Shown: one piece after another, positions 14,830-24,666 of the stretch
How the letters are laid out: each line of letters opens with the position of its first letter
Position numbering within the stretch: position 1 is the stretch's first letter
DNA from: an uncultured Ignavibacteriaceae bacterium
GTDB lineage: Bacteria; Bacteroidota; Ignavibacteria; UBA10030
Direction of reading: 5' to 3'
DNA length: 44,075 nucleotides
Assembly (NCBI GenBank): GCA_964362905.1
Contig: CAYIHQ010000002.1
Span: 1-44,075, forward strand
Position numbers and translations under genes: made by a program
Notes under the pieces: model-generated
What the model saw: the letters and a program-made list of their open reading frames with translations, nothing else
Databases searched by the model: none
Told to the model about the DNA's origin: nothing

Positions 14830-16161
14830 ATGGCTCAAGTAATTACTCTTTCAGATGCTGCCACACTATCTAACAATTTGTTAGTAGAAGGCATTGTAGC
14901 TGATATTATCACTGTTGACGAGTGGTTTAAGCACCTTCCCTTCGTAGTTTTCGAAGGTCTTGCATATACTTTTACTCGTGAGAAGCGACTTGCTAAAGCT
15001 GATTTTGCTCAGCCTGGTAGCAACCTTAATCAGGCAAAATACCAAGATGGAGCATCTTTTGATCCAGTAAATGTTAATCTTTCAGCTATTATCGCTGATA
15101 TTATTATCGATGGTCAGATCGAAGATCAGTTTTCTGAGACTAACGATCAACTACAAGTGCAGATCTCTGCAAAAGCTAAACAAATTGCTCGTATCTATAT
15201 GAATGCAGTTGTTAATGCTAAACGTTTGAGTGGCGCACTCACTCAGGCAAACAACGGCCCTATCGGTATTGCTGATCGATTCAATGGAATGAAGTCTATT
15301 CTTGATGCAGAATCAGGTAATGTCGATGATGTTAACCACCCATTTTATAATGCTGGTAGCCCAACACAAACTGAGGCTTTAATTGAGGATGATCCTTCTT
15401 CTGCCCGTCTTGGTTTACCTGGCCGAGTTTGCACTCTTGAAGATCTCGATGCTATGGTTGATCGTGTTACTGGTGCAAAGATTGATTTCATGATGATGAA
15501 TTCTCGTGAAATTCGTACTCTTAGGACACTATTACGTAACACTGGCGGCGGCACTGATGCTTATATGATTCAGCAACAAGGTCTTGGTTCTTCTAAGCCC
15601 CAGTTGATGTATCAGGATATCCCTGTTTTTAGAAATGACTTTATTTCTAAATCAGATCCTGTTAACTCAGTAACTCTTTCAGTTTCTTCTATTACTGATG
15701 CAGACACTATAGTTCTTTCTGCAGACCCAGCACTTACTGTGGGTTCAGGTAATGCGAAGCATCTTTTGATTCGTGGTCTCGACAATATTATGTATCGCTT
15801 TCCAGTTGTTACAAATACTACTGGAACTCTAGATGTTACTGTTTCTGGCACATTCTTTGATCCAGAATCAAACATGGTTCATAGTCGTGTTGCTCTTAAC
15901 GGCGGTAACTTTACTGGCGTTACTTCTGCAATGGTGTCCGAACGCATCGATGGTTCCAGCGTTTATTGTGGAGCTTGGGGAGAATTAAAAGGTATCGTAG
16001 GTTTCACTTCATCTAACAACGCAGGTTTAAAACTTGAGTATGTTGGTCCTCGTGAAAACGAAAATGCTTATCAGTATCGTATGAAATGGTACTGCGGTTT
16101 CGACCTTTACAATCGTTTGAGCCTTGCTCGGATGAAAGATGTACTAGGTCTTGGCAACTAA
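14830..16161 (+). CDS. Major capsid protein (HK97 fold) with an inserted beta domain
   Basis: ITLSDAA..LPFVVFEGLAYTFTRE, FNGM, TLEDLDAMVDRV, YRMKWYCG..LARMKDV; strong SD and downstream terminator. Confidence 0.9.
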   Translation: MAQVITLSDAATLSNNLLVEGIVADIITVDEWFKHLPFVVFEGLAYTFTREKRLAKADFAQPGSNLNQAKYQDGASFDPVNVNLSAIIADIIIDGQIEDQFSETNDQLQVQISAKAKQIARIYMNAVVNAKRLSGALTQANNGPIGIADRFNGMKSILDAESGNVDDVNHPFYNAGSPTQTEALIEDDPSSARLGLPGRVCTLEDLDAMVDRVTGAKIDFMMMNSREIRTLRTLLRNTGGGTDAYMIQQQGLGSSKPQLMYQDIPVFRNDFISKSDPVNSVTLSVSSITDADTIVLSADPALTVGSGNAKHLLIRGLDNIMYRFPVVTNTTGTLDVTVSGTFFDPESNMVHSRVALNGGNFTGVTSAMVSERIDGSSVYCGAWGELKGIVGFTSSNNAGLKLEYVGPRENENAYQYRMKWYCGFDLYNRLSLARMKDVLGLGN

Positions 16162-16176
16162 TAGTTAGTTGTATTC

Positions 16177-16212
16177 GAGAGGGAGTCATTTTTGGCTCCC
16201 TCTTCTTTTTTC
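16177..16212 (+). terminator. Intrinsic terminator after MCP
   Basis: GAGAGGGAGTCA-TTTT-TGGCTCCCTCTT then T-rich tract. Confidence 0.85.
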
Positions 16213-16248
16213 TAAAATATTAACTTTGGAAGAGCCAAGGGAGAAATA

Positions 16249-16851
16249 ATGTCAGTTTGGTTAACTAAATCTTCTGGTATAGATCGGAAGTACATCGTTC
16301 TTAAACATACACTCAGAGGAGTTAATTATGTTATGAACGGTATTAAATTTCGGAATGGTTATGCAGTAATTGAAAAAGATAGCAAGACTTATATCGATTT
16401 AAAAAAGATTCCAGTTCTTCGAGCGGCTGTGGAATTTCCTTTAATTTTCCTACGCAAATTATCTTTTATTACAAGACCCTTAGATGTAAAACTTGTTTAT
16501 GGTGCTGATGTCTATGTTCAGTATTTAAAACAATTAGACTCAGAACTTGTAAAAGAGAAAGAAATTGTTGAGATTAATGCTAAAATCAAAAAAGCAGAGG
16601 CAGAAATTAAACATATTGAAGAGAAAAATTGTAGCTGTAGAACAGAAGTATCGGGTAATAAGAACTTATGTAAGGAAAAAGCTTTAGATCAAAGTCCTAG
16701 TGGTTATTGTTTAAAACATATTCTTGAGGAACCTAGACTACAAGAATTAGGTATAGAAGTTCCTAGATTTATAGAAAAATCAAAAAAACATGCTTTTAAA
16801 GAAGAGATAGCTGCGAAATTAAAAAAGTTGAAAAAAGAAGGTAAATTCTAA
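16249..16851 (+). CDS. Hypothetical protein with C-terminal CCCH-type zinc finger
   Basis: CSCRT..LCKEKA..GYCLKH. Confidence 0.7.
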   Translation: MSVWLTKSSGIDRKYIVLKHTLRGVNYVMNGIKFRNGYAVIEKDSKTYIDLKKIPVLRAAVEFPLIFLRKLSFITRPLDVKLVYGADVYVQYLKQLDSELVKEKEIVEINAKIKKAEAEIKHIEEKNCSCRTEVSGNKNLCKEKALDQSPSGYCLKHILEEPRLQELGIEVPRFIEKSKKHAFKEEIAAKLKKLKKEGKF

Positions 16852-16985
16852 TGGAAAAGAAGACTCCAAAACTTACGATTATACAAGGTGGGAAAAAGGA
16901 GTCTATAAGCACTTTACCTATAGATATTATTTTATCTATGATAACAATAATACTTATAATATTAATACTATTTGAAGCGGTATAA
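16851..16985 (+). CDS. Small membrane protein, 44 aa (not in ORF track)
   Basis: MEKKTPKLTIIQGGKKESISTLPIDIILSMITIILIILILFEAV; TAATG overlap, fills the gap. Confidence 0.65.
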   Translation: MEKKTPKLTIIQGGKKESISTLPIDIILSMITIILIILILFEAV

Positions 16986-16987
16986 TT

Positions 16988-17632
16988 ATGAGTACAAAAA
17001 GTAATAGATCTGCAGGAACTCAACATAATCTTAGAGGCATCGCACAAGGTAATACATTAGTAGGACCTAAATCAGGCTTGCCGATAGATGAAGTTGTAGA
17101 CGGGGATGGAGTACGACGTTTAGCCGTAGATGCCAATGTTAGTATAGGAAGCGCAACAATAAATGTAGATATCGACTATCTTGATGGTGATTCTACAGCA
17201 ATAGGAGACCCTAATACTAGTACCCTGTTAAAAATAAATACCGACGGCTCTATTGATGCAAATGTAAAAGTAAATGCTACAGATGGCGATAATATAGCTA
17301 TAAGCGATGGTACGGATACCTTAGCTGTAAACTCTGATGGCAGTATTAACATAGCGCCACTAACAACCCCAAATATAGCAAATGTGACAACTATTTTAGC
17401 TGATACTGAATATTTTTATACATTTCCTGCCAACACTAGAAAATTCTTTCTGAAGTGCAGAGGAAATGCAAAATTGCAAATATCATATATTTTGGGACAA
17501 ACTGGAATAAATTACATAACTACTTTTCCAGGGAATAAACACGAGGAGATCGACCTGAAAGTAACTGGTTTCTCAATATATTTCCAATCTAACAAGGCTG
17601 GAGAAGTTGTAGAGATTCGCAGTTGGAGTTAA
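16988..17632 (+). CDS. Putative head decoration or fibre protein
   Basis: LKINTDGSI / LAVNSDGSINI repeats plus C-terminal beta-sandwich. Confidence 0.6.
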   Translation: MSTKSNRSAGTQHNLRGIAQGNTLVGPKSGLPIDEVVDGDGVRRLAVDANVSIGSATINVDIDYLDGDSTAIGDPNTSTLLKINTDGSIDANVKVNATDGDNIAISDGTDTLAVNSDGSINIAPLTTPNIANVTTILADTEYFYTFPANTRKFFLKCRGNAKLQISYILGQTGINYITTFPGNKHEEIDLKVTGFSIYFQSNKAGEVVEIRSWS

Positions 17633-17656
17633 CTACATTTTATAAGGAGTGTAAAC

Positions 17657-18433
17657 ATGAAGGATAGACTTATATTCGACACCTCAAGTGCTACAACTAT
17701 GGCAGATACCGATAGTGTAGGAGCATATTTAAGAGCCAGCGACGGAACATTATTAACTCACACAGATGTTGGAGGCAAGAAAGCCTTAGATGTCAGAGTT
17801 GCTGAAGGTATTAATGTAGAGGTTGACTTAAGCCATGCAGATGATTCTGTTAAAGTCGGAGATGGGACAGATTTTCTAGCAGTTAATACAGATGGTTCAA
17901 TCAATATTACGGACAATGGTGGATCTCTAACTGTAGATGCAGTGAATTTAGACATTAGAGATTTGGCTTTTGCAACGGATAGTGTTACTGCTTACCAAGG
18001 TACTTCTCCATGGGTAATTGGTGATGGCGGATCTAGTATTTCTGTTGATGATAACGGAGCCACATTGTCAATTGACGATGGTGGTGGAAGTATTACAGTT
18101 GACGGAACATTGGCAGTAACTCAGAGTACTTCCCCCTGGGTAGTAAATGATGCCGCTCTATCTGTTACAGCAATTGCAAATGCTGCAGAAACTTTAGATC
18201 TTGCAGATACGGCTCAGAATATTATCGTTTCTCCTCTTTCTAATAGAAAATATTTATGGATTTATAATAACGATAATCAAAAAATGTATATCGGTTCTTC
18301 TGGAGTTACTTCTGCTAATGGATTCCCAGTCTCCCCGTCCTCTTATCTAGAACTTAGAGCTGGGGCAGCAGTGGACATAGAATTTGTCAGCGCAAAACTA
18401 AATCACGCAATTAGAACACTTGAGTTGAGTTAA
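17657..18433 (+). CDS. Putative head decoration or fibre protein (abundant, followed by terminator)
   Basis: LAVNTDGSINI, DDGGGSITVD and TSPWV repeats; C-terminal RKYLWIYN..YIG..NGFPV domain. Confidence 0.65.
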   Translation: MKDRLIFDTSSATTMADTDSVGAYLRASDGTLLTHTDVGGKKALDVRVAEGINVEVDLSHADDSVKVGDGTDFLAVNTDGSINITDNGGSLTVDAVNLDIRDLAFATDSVTAYQGTSPWVIGDGGSSISVDDNGATLSIDDGGGSITVDGTLAVTQSTSPWVVNDAALSVTAIANAAETLDLADTAQNIIVSPLSNRKYLWIYNNDNQKMYIGSSGVTSANGFPVSPSSYLELRAGAAVDIEFVSAKLNHAIRTLELS

Positions 18434-18456
18434 TTATTTTTTAAAATCTACAACAC

Positions 18457-18484
18457 GAGGGGCATTTAGATGTCCCTCTTTTTT
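18457..18484 (+). terminator. Intrinsic terminator
   Basis: GAGGGGCAT-TTAG-ATGTCCCTC-TTTTTT. Confidence 0.8.
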
Positions 18485-18493
18485 AGGAAAGTT

Positions 18494-18712
18494 ATGAGTC
18501 TAAATTCCCTTACTGAAGAAGATAAGCAAAAATTTATAGAGTTTCTTAATATGATTGCTAAACATGCTAAGTTTGAATTAAATACTACAGAATTAATACA
18601 GTATTTTAAAATACTTTCGCATATGCAACAAAAGCTACTTCCTAAAATTGATGCTAATATTCTCGAAATTAAAAGAGTTATAGAGTCAAAAGAACAAACT
18701 GAACAGGAATAA
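18494..18712 (+). CDS. Small helical protein (start revised from 18470, which lies inside the terminator)
   Basis: AGGA SD before ATG 18494. Confidence 0.65.
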   Translation: MSLNSLTEEDKQKFIEFLNMIAKHAKFELNTTELIQYFKILSHMQQKLLPKIDANILEIKRVIESKEQTEQE

Positions 18713-18715
18713 TTT

Positions 18716-19024
18716 ATGTCTTATCAAGCTTTAGATGGACCTTCAGCTCAAGTAAAATTAACTTCAGTAGGAACATCTACAGTAGTTGAAGTAAAAGTCG
18801 GAGCAAATCCTTTGGCAGAAAGACAAGTTATTACTATGCAGCCTACGGGCAAGATGAAAGTATATTTCAGTGATGGCTCTGTACCTTCTGCAGCGACAGT
18901 TTTAGCAGATGGTTTCGATCATTTTAAAGATGCTAAAGAAAGTTATGAAGTCGGAGAAAAACAGAAAGTATATATATTAGCAGATACTGGGACAATAGAT
19001 GTAATTATTTGTGAGAGAGCTTAA
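18716..19024 (+). CDS. Small beta-sandwich virion protein, similar to the C-terminal domain of 17657
   Basis: PLAERQVITMQ..VYF..DGF versus PLSNRKYLWIY..YIG..NGF. Confidence 0.6.
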   Translation: MSYQALDGPSAQVKLTSVGTSTVVEVKVGANPLAERQVITMQPTGKMKVYFSDGSVPSAATVLADGFDHFKDAKESYEVGEKQKVYILADTGTIDVIICERA

Positions 19025-19025
19025 T

Positions 19026-19511
19026 ATGTCAAGAGATCAATTTGTTCCTGTAGCAAGAGGGGTTCCATTTGATAATAGCACAAATGGATTTACTTCGGAC
19101 GATGTTCAGGCCGCAATTGAAGAGGTAAATCAGTCAGTTATTACATCAGCTAGCCCAGGTTTTTCTTTCGGAAGAAGTGGAGCAGTGGTTGCTGGAGCAT
19201 ATTTACAGAATGAAACTGTACCCTCAAATATTTCAGGTAGATGGGTATACATTAATAGTGCTATTGTAAAAAGAGTTTTCGTATCTAATGAAGATACGAC
19301 TACCTATAAAGTGGAAGTATTATACCACGATGGAAACGAAGTAAATTTAACATCATTAGGAACAGTTACAGTCACATCAGCAAAAGGTGGATTTTTTAAT
19401 GTAAATTGGTCCGTACCAACAAATAAACAAATTGCAACAAGATTAGCAACCGATTCTCCAAATTCAGCTAAAAATATTGTATGTGGATTAGAATTATCTG
19501 GGACAAATTAA
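19026..19511 (+). CDS. Virion structural or fibre protein
   Basis: VPFDNSTNGFTSDDVQAAIEEV (fibre-type VQxAIEE repeat); probable start ATG 19026. Confidence 0.6.
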   Translation: MSRDQFVPVARGVPFDNSTNGFTSDDVQAAIEEVNQSVITSASPGFSFGRSGAVVAGAYLQNETVPSNISGRWVYINSAIVKRVFVSNEDTTTYKVEVLYHDGNEVNLTSLGTVTVTSAKGGFFNVNWSVPTNKQIATRLATDSPNSAKNIVCGLELSGTN

Positions 19512-19514
19512 TTT

Positions 19515-21389
19515 ATGGCTAAAATTTTAAAGAATAATACAATATCTAATATCGCAATAACAGATACAGGCATTACTATAAATGCTTCTTCTCAGTACAC
19601 AATACCTGCACAGGATTACAATCTGTGGGCAGCATCTTCTAATATTATTACAAAAATTGGTTCTGGGGATATAATTGTAAATGACGGATCAGTTGATCTA
19701 TCTATTTCAGATGGAACAGATGTAATAAAAGGACTTCATCCAAAGCGAATAGAGATATTATCAGGAGATAATACAAATTCTGTTGGTACTCAGACATACG
19801 ATAGTAAAAAATTTATTAATACTATTGCTGCAAATCAAGTTATTAATTCTTCTGTCAATAGTTCAACTTCTAACTTAGCGTCTGGGGCAACATTTACTGG
19901 GACTTCAGAACAAATCTTATATTCTGCGTCTGCCCAAATTTCTTTAAAATCAGATCAAGATTGTTATTTAGAATTCCAACAATCTCCAGATGGGACAAAT
20001 TGGGATATATCCGATGGGCATACAATTTATGCGAATGTTGGAGATAGCCGAACTTTTCAAATAACACATTTATATGTTAGGGTCAAAGTTAAAAATCTTG
20101 GGACAAGCACTACAACTTATTTAAGACTCAGTACTATATATACTGCCCAAATGGAAGCTCTACCTAGATCTCTGAGTGCCGAAGGCAGACTCAAGGCAGA
20201 AGTAACTTATCATTCTGATCTAAATTCGCCATTAGGTAGACTTAGAAGCACAGAGCACCGTACCTTTTTCGAATTTTCTCATAAAAGAGGAAAAACTGCT
20301 AGCGATCTTATATTTGATGAACAAGTTGCTTCTGGGGGTAATACCACTGATGTAACAAATCAAGCCTCCATTGAAATGAATACAACTTCCACAATTGGAT
20401 CAAAAGTTATTAGATCCACATTTAGGTATTTTCCTTATTTTCCCGGAAGAGGAACAAGCATTTTGTTTACTGGAAATTTTAATGGGGCCACAACGGGAGT
20501 AAGAAAACGCTATGGCTATTTTGATGATAAAGACGGGATGTATTTTGAATTGAACGGATCATCTTTTAATGTTGTCAGGCGAAGTTATGTTACTGGAAGT
20601 CCTGTTAATGATGTAGTTACGCAATCAAATTGGAATACAGACAAATTGGACGGAACAGGACCAAGTGGGGAAGTATTTAATTTAAGCGGACAAACGATAT
20701 TCTTTATTGAATTATTATGGTTAGGTTCTGGCCCAGTATTTATGGGATGCTATATTGGCAATAAAAAGATATATGTGCATAAATTTCAGGCAAGCAATAC
20801 ATTATCTACAGTATGGGCAACAACTGCATCACTACCAATGAGAGCCGAGATTGAAAATCTATCAGGAAATGCAGCAAGTTCTTTGAGATTAACATGTATG
20901 AGTGTTCTATATGAAGGATCAATCGAACCAGAATCAGGACTAGATCATTTTCATATATCTTCAGATTTAGATGAGAAAACTATTACAACGGATACTCCAG
21001 TTTGGTCAATTAGACTAAATCCCAACACGAATAGATCAATGATAATTCCAGTTCTAATGAACATCATTATGACTTCAGGAACAAAAGTAATTTATTGGAA
21101 GTTTATGAAAAATGCAGCGTTAACTGGAGCATCTTGGAGTAATGGGGGAGTTTTTGGGCAATTAGACACATCTACTACCGCCTATAGTGGAGGGGATGAA
21201 ATTATGGATGGGTATGTTAATATTGGCGGATCTACCACAATATCCCAAAGTGTTTTTTTAAATGATCAAGAAGCTTTTATTGGCAGAAAAATAGACGGAA
21301 CATCTGAAACATTGACATTAGTCGCCTCCACTTCTGGAGGTACGGCTAAATTTGTCTGGGATGCTAAAATCAGAGAATATTTGTTATGA
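19515..21389 (+). CDS. Large virion protein with beta-sandwich or lectin-like domains (possible head fibre or receptor binding)
   Basis: QSPDGTNWD module; RYFPYFPG, RYGYFDDKDG, QSNWNTDKLDGTGPSG, WLGSG motifs typical of phage structural proteins. Confidence 0.6.
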   Translation: MAKILKNNTISNIAITDTGITINASSQYTIPAQDYNLWAASSNIITKIGSGDIIVNDGSVDLSISDGTDVIKGLHPKRIEILSGDNTNSVGTQTYDSKKFINTIAANQVINSSVNSSTSNLASGATFTGTSEQILYSASAQISLKSDQDCYLEFQQSPDGTNWDISDGHTIYANVGDSRTFQITHLYVRVKVKNLGTSTTTYLRLSTIYTAQMEALPRSLSAEGRLKAEVTYHSDLNSPLGRLRSTEHRTFFEFSHKRGKTASDLIFDEQVASGGNTTDVTNQASIEMNTTSTIGSKVIRSTFRYFPYFPGRGTSILFTGNFNGATTGVRKRYGYFDDKDGMYFELNGSSFNVVRRSYVTGSPVNDVVTQSNWNTDKLDGTGPSGEVFNLSGQTIFFIELLWLGSGPVFMGCYIGNKKIYVHKFQASNTLSTVWATTASLPMRAEIENLSGNAASSLRLTCMSVLYEGSIEPESGLDHFHISSDLDEKTITTDTPVWSIRLNPNTNRSMIIPVLMNIIMTSGTKVIYWKFMKNAALTGASWSNGGVFGQLDTSTTAYSGGDEIMDGYVNIGGSTTISQSVFLNDQEAFIGRKIDGTSETLTLVASTSGGTAKFVWDAKIREYLL

Positions 21390-22153
21390 GTGTTACAAAA
21401 CAAACCAATTGGACCAATTTCAAACAATATGTTATAGATAGAAATTTATCAATACAATATGTAAATGATGATTCCGATATTTATGAACTTTGTGCTATTG
21501 ATGGCGGTTTTGTTGTTCTATGTATTGTTAAAAAAGATAATCCTAGAAATAATGATCAAATTGATTTTGAGGATAATTATCAGACAAATTGCAATAAGCC
21601 CAATAATAGAATTACTGGAGGAACAAATAGGACTCTCATAGGAAATGAGGGGGATAAATTAAAGACCGCCACTACTATATCTAGCATCTCTACAGGAGCC
21701 CTAAGCCAATATCCTAATAAATTAAGACATTTGGATATAAGTGTTGCTAACGGTGGAATAGCTAGGGGCACATCAATTACAGATTCTGCATGGGTTGATA
21801 TATTCTCGTATAGTGGATCTGGTTCTATGATATCTTTCTTTATTAACTTAGAATTTAATGCTGATTGGCTTATACGATTAGTGATTGACGGAGAAGATGT
21901 TTTTGGCGCAAATGGGACAGTATCAAATGATTTTATTTCTACGTCCATATACAATGTGTCAGGAACTGACTATGATGCGCTAATCAATACGCTAGGATTT
22001 TATTTTAAATCTAATGGAAACTTTGTTTGGGCAAGTCCATTAAATACTGCCACTCGGTATAATTCTTCTATTGCCATTAAATTGAAAAGAATTTCTGGAA
22101 GTCCAGCTAAGAAATTTCAGGCAGGAATTGTCACCCTAACTAAAGAGACGTAA
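21386..22153 (+). CDS. Hypothetical virion protein
   Basis: N-terminal ~70 aa paralogous to the next gene. Confidence 0.7.
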   Translation: MSVTKQTNWTNFKQYVIDRNLSIQYVNDDSDIYELCAIDGGFVVLCIVKKDNPRNNDQIDFEDNYQTNCNKPNNRITGGTNRTLIGNEGDKLKTATTISSISTGALSQYPNKLRHLDISVANGGIARGTSITDSAWVDIFSYSGSGSMISFFINLEFNADWLIRLVIDGEDVFGANGTVSNDFISTSIYNVSGTDYDALINTLGFYFKSNGNFVWASPLNTATRYNSSIAIKLKRISGSPAKKFQAGIVTLTKET

Positions 22154-22154
22154 T

Positions 22155-22925
22155 ATGAAAGTTCAATGGTCAGATTTAAAATCATTTGTGAACGCAAGAA
22201 CCTTATCGATACAATGGGTAGAATTTACTGACAAATATTATTTATTAGCGATAGATGGAGGATTCCAATTAGAGTGCGAATTGTTAAAAAGCCCGTCTGA
22301 TACAACAGATCTGAATGATTTTGTTAATAATTTTAAAGCATTAGGCAATAAAAGATTAGATCCTCGTGATAGTGACGGCTCTACTCTAAACAGAACTAAA
22401 ATTACTACAACTGGCTGGCATTATCAAGCACACGGATTGGAATTTGAAACTAGTAAATTAAGTAGTTTGTACTCTAAAAAAGCAGATAATACTGAATATA
22501 ATTTCTCAACTATAAAGTTCTATAAAGATGTTAGTGGTACTGAAGTAGAAATAACTGGAGATGATCTCAACCAAACTTTCTTAGATACAAATTGCATAAA
22601 AACTGTTGTTGATTGGGAGCCCACACACGATATCGAGTTAATAGGAGGCTCACTAAAACAAAAATCTCTACCAACCCAAGATGTCCATATGTGGATCGTG
22701 GGAGTTCCTGATGTTTCTGAAGCCTACGGAGGAAGTAAGCCATTTGTAACTAATGTAGATTTAGCATATATAGGTTTAGAAGACGGAATAAATGTTGATG
22801 GGAGAGTCCCTAAATATATGGCCTACAGCGCCACATACCACACCACAAAATTAAGATTGATTTTTAGGCATTTAGCAGGATTTAAACACAAATTACATTT
22901 TGTTTTTGAATTATTTAAGGCATAA
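22155..22925 (+). CDS. Hypothetical virion protein
   Basis: W..K.FV..R.LSIQ.V...Y.L.AIDGGF shared with 21386. Confidence 0.7.
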   Translation: MKVQWSDLKSFVNARTLSIQWVEFTDKYYLLAIDGGFQLECELLKSPSDTTDLNDFVNNFKALGNKRLDPRDSDGSTLNRTKITTTGWHYQAHGLEFETSKLSSLYSKKADNTEYNFSTIKFYKDVSGTEVEITGDDLNQTFLDTNCIKTVVDWEPTHDIELIGGSLKQKSLPTQDVHMWIVGVPDVSEAYGGSKPFVTNVDLAYIGLEDGINVDGRVPKYMAYSATYHTTKLRLIFRHLAGFKHKLHFVFELFKA

Positions 22926-22927
22926 GT

Positions 22928-23389
22928 ATGATACAAGTAATTTTTACGAGAAGTAGTAGCTTTTTAAGTAAAATCATAAGATTTTTGTCTAAAGAACCTG
23001 TATCACATGTAGCAATTGTATTTGATAATAAAATCGTATTCCACAGCAATTTATATGGCACACATCCAGATTGGTATAGTACTTTTATTAGAGATAATGA
23101 AATAATTTTTATATTAGATTATAAATATACTTTAGAACAAGAAGAAGAAATTTACTTAAAAATACCACAATATGATAGCCGTTGGTATGATTTTGGAGGT
23201 TTATTTTATTTCTTATGGCGAGGTATTTTGTATAGATTATTTAATGTTCCCATTCCAAAAGATAATTTATTTGGGAAAAAAGATCAGTTTCTTTGCACAG
23301 AATTAGCTAAAATAATTGATCCCACATTAGAGAATTTAGATATGATTACTCCTTATAGAGTATATATACAATTAAAAGAAAAGCTATAA
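22928..23389 (+). CDS. Permuted papain-like NlpC/P60 enzyme (YaeF/YiiX-type)
   Basis: SKIIR..SHVAI (His), YDF, FLCTEL (Cys after His). Confidence 0.8.
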   Translation: MIQVIFTRSSSFLSKIIRFLSKEPVSHVAIVFDNKIVFHSNLYGTHPDWYSTFIRDNEIIFILDYKYTLEQEEEIYLKIPQYDSRWYDFGGLFYFLWRGILYRLFNVPIPKDNLFGKKDQFLCTELAKIIDPTLENLDMITPYRVYIQLKEKL

Positions 23390-23393
23390 TTAT

Positions 23394-23510
23394 ATGGCTA
23401 AACATAATAACAATAATAGACAGTCATTTCTACAACAAAAATTATATATTCTTGTTTTAGTAAACATAATTTTAACATTAGGAGTATATTTCATATTATT
23501 AAGGACTTAA
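23394..23510 (+). CDS. Small membrane protein, 38 aa, upstream of holin (not in ORF track)
   Basis: MAKHNNNNRQSFLQQKLYILVLVNIILTLGVYFILLRT; fills the gap exactly. Confidence 0.55.
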   Translation: MAKHNNNNRQSFLQQKLYILVLVNIILTLGVYFILLRT

Positions 23511-23511
23511 A

Positions 23512-23904
23512 ATGAAAGAATTTTTGCTCAAAACTTTGATAGCTATAGGAGCTGCCTTAGCCCCAATAAAGATGGTAATGATTACCGTGGGGTTTTTAAT
23601 TCTGGCTGATTTAATCACAGGAATATGGGCAGCCCACAAACGGGGAGAAAAGATAAGTTCGGCAGTTATGCGTAGAACGATCTCAAAAATGTTCGCATAT
23701 CAGATGTCTGTAGTTGGTGGATTTCTACTAGAAACTTACATTTTGGGTGGATCTATTCCAGTGTCAAAAATAGTTGCTGGCGTTATAGGTATGGTAGAGT
23801 TCAAGTCTGTACTTGAGAACTCTAATGTAATTGTTGGGGACGATGTGTTTGCCATGATCTTAAAGAAATTAGGATCGGAAAATGATAAATCCAAAAAGGA
23901 ATAA
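23512..23904 (+). CDS. Holin (phage holin family 4 / toxin secretion-lysis type)
   Basis: ADLITG..ISS..RRTISK..EFKSVLEN; transmembrane segments. Confidence 0.85.
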   Translation: MKEFLLKTLIAIGAALAPIKMVMITVGFLILADLITGIWAAHKRGEKISSAVMRRTISKMFAYQMSVVGGFLLETYILGGSIPVSKIVAGVIGMVEFKSVLENSNVIVGDDVFAMILKKLGSENDKSKKE

Positions 23905-23906
23905 TT

Positions 23907-24665
23907 ATGTCTAGAGTTATATCAAGCGTAGCTGGTACAAGAACTGAACCTAAGGATAGTTATATCTTTGTGCGAGGAACTACTGCCACATTTAAAATTA
24001 TATTTACTAATGAAGGTAGACCTATTCAAGTAGATACGGCAACCGTACCGCAAATGAAGGTACTACAACCAGCATTTTTGAATAGCGGCAATACCCCAGT
24101 TCCCGAGGTTTATGCAACTATTAATGGAACTTTAGTATCAGGACAAGACTTCGAATATCAATTTGTTTGGGATATTCCAGCAAGCATGGTTCCTTTAGAT
24201 AATTATATCGCTAGTTACCAAGGAATATTAGGAAGTCAGTCTTTTAATTTCGGAGATGAGTTTTTTACTATAGTTCCTGCGGCAGGTATGATAGGCACAT
24301 TAAGCCCAATGTATGCAACAGTTGATGATGTACGTCTCAAAAAATTTAATATAGACACTTATTTACCTGAAGCTTATAGAAAAGATCTCACTACAAGAAA
24401 TATGCTTATTGAGGATCATCTAAGAGATGCTTCTGCCAGATTAAGAGAAGAACTAAATCTTAATCAAATTAGAGGCAATACTAGTAATAATAGATTATTT
24501 TGCATTTACTATACGGTGTATACTATACTTCTTGCGGGTAGGGGAGAAGACGGATCAGCAGTTAGCGATCAAAATATATTATTCTGGAGGAATGAATGTG
24601 AAAGGATTTTAGCTGTTGAGAAGCGACGTGGTGTACTAAATGGAATCCCGATGGGAAGAGGTTAG
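23907..24665 (+). CDS. Putative head-tail adaptor with N-terminal Ig-like domain
   Basis: YATVDDVR followed by a helical domain as in SPP1 gp15/HK97 gp6-like adaptors. Confidence 0.6.
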   Translation: MSRVISSVAGTRTEPKDSYIFVRGTTATFKIIFTNEGRPIQVDTATVPQMKVLQPAFLNSGNTPVPEVYATINGTLVSGQDFEYQFVWDIPASMVPLDNYIASYQGILGSQSFNFGDEFFTIVPAAGMIGTLSPMYATVDDVRLKKFNIDTYLPEAYRKDLTTRNMLIEDHLRDASARLREELNLNQIRGNTSNNRLFCIYYTVYTILLAGRGEDGSAVSDQNILFWRNECERILAVEKRRGVLNGIPMGRG

Positions 24666-24666
24666 G

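Noticed and set aside
8822-16161. Inteins or introns in TerL, portal or MCP
   Set aside because: No intein splice motifs or reading-frame interruptions are seen; the insertions are Gly-rich loops or beta modules
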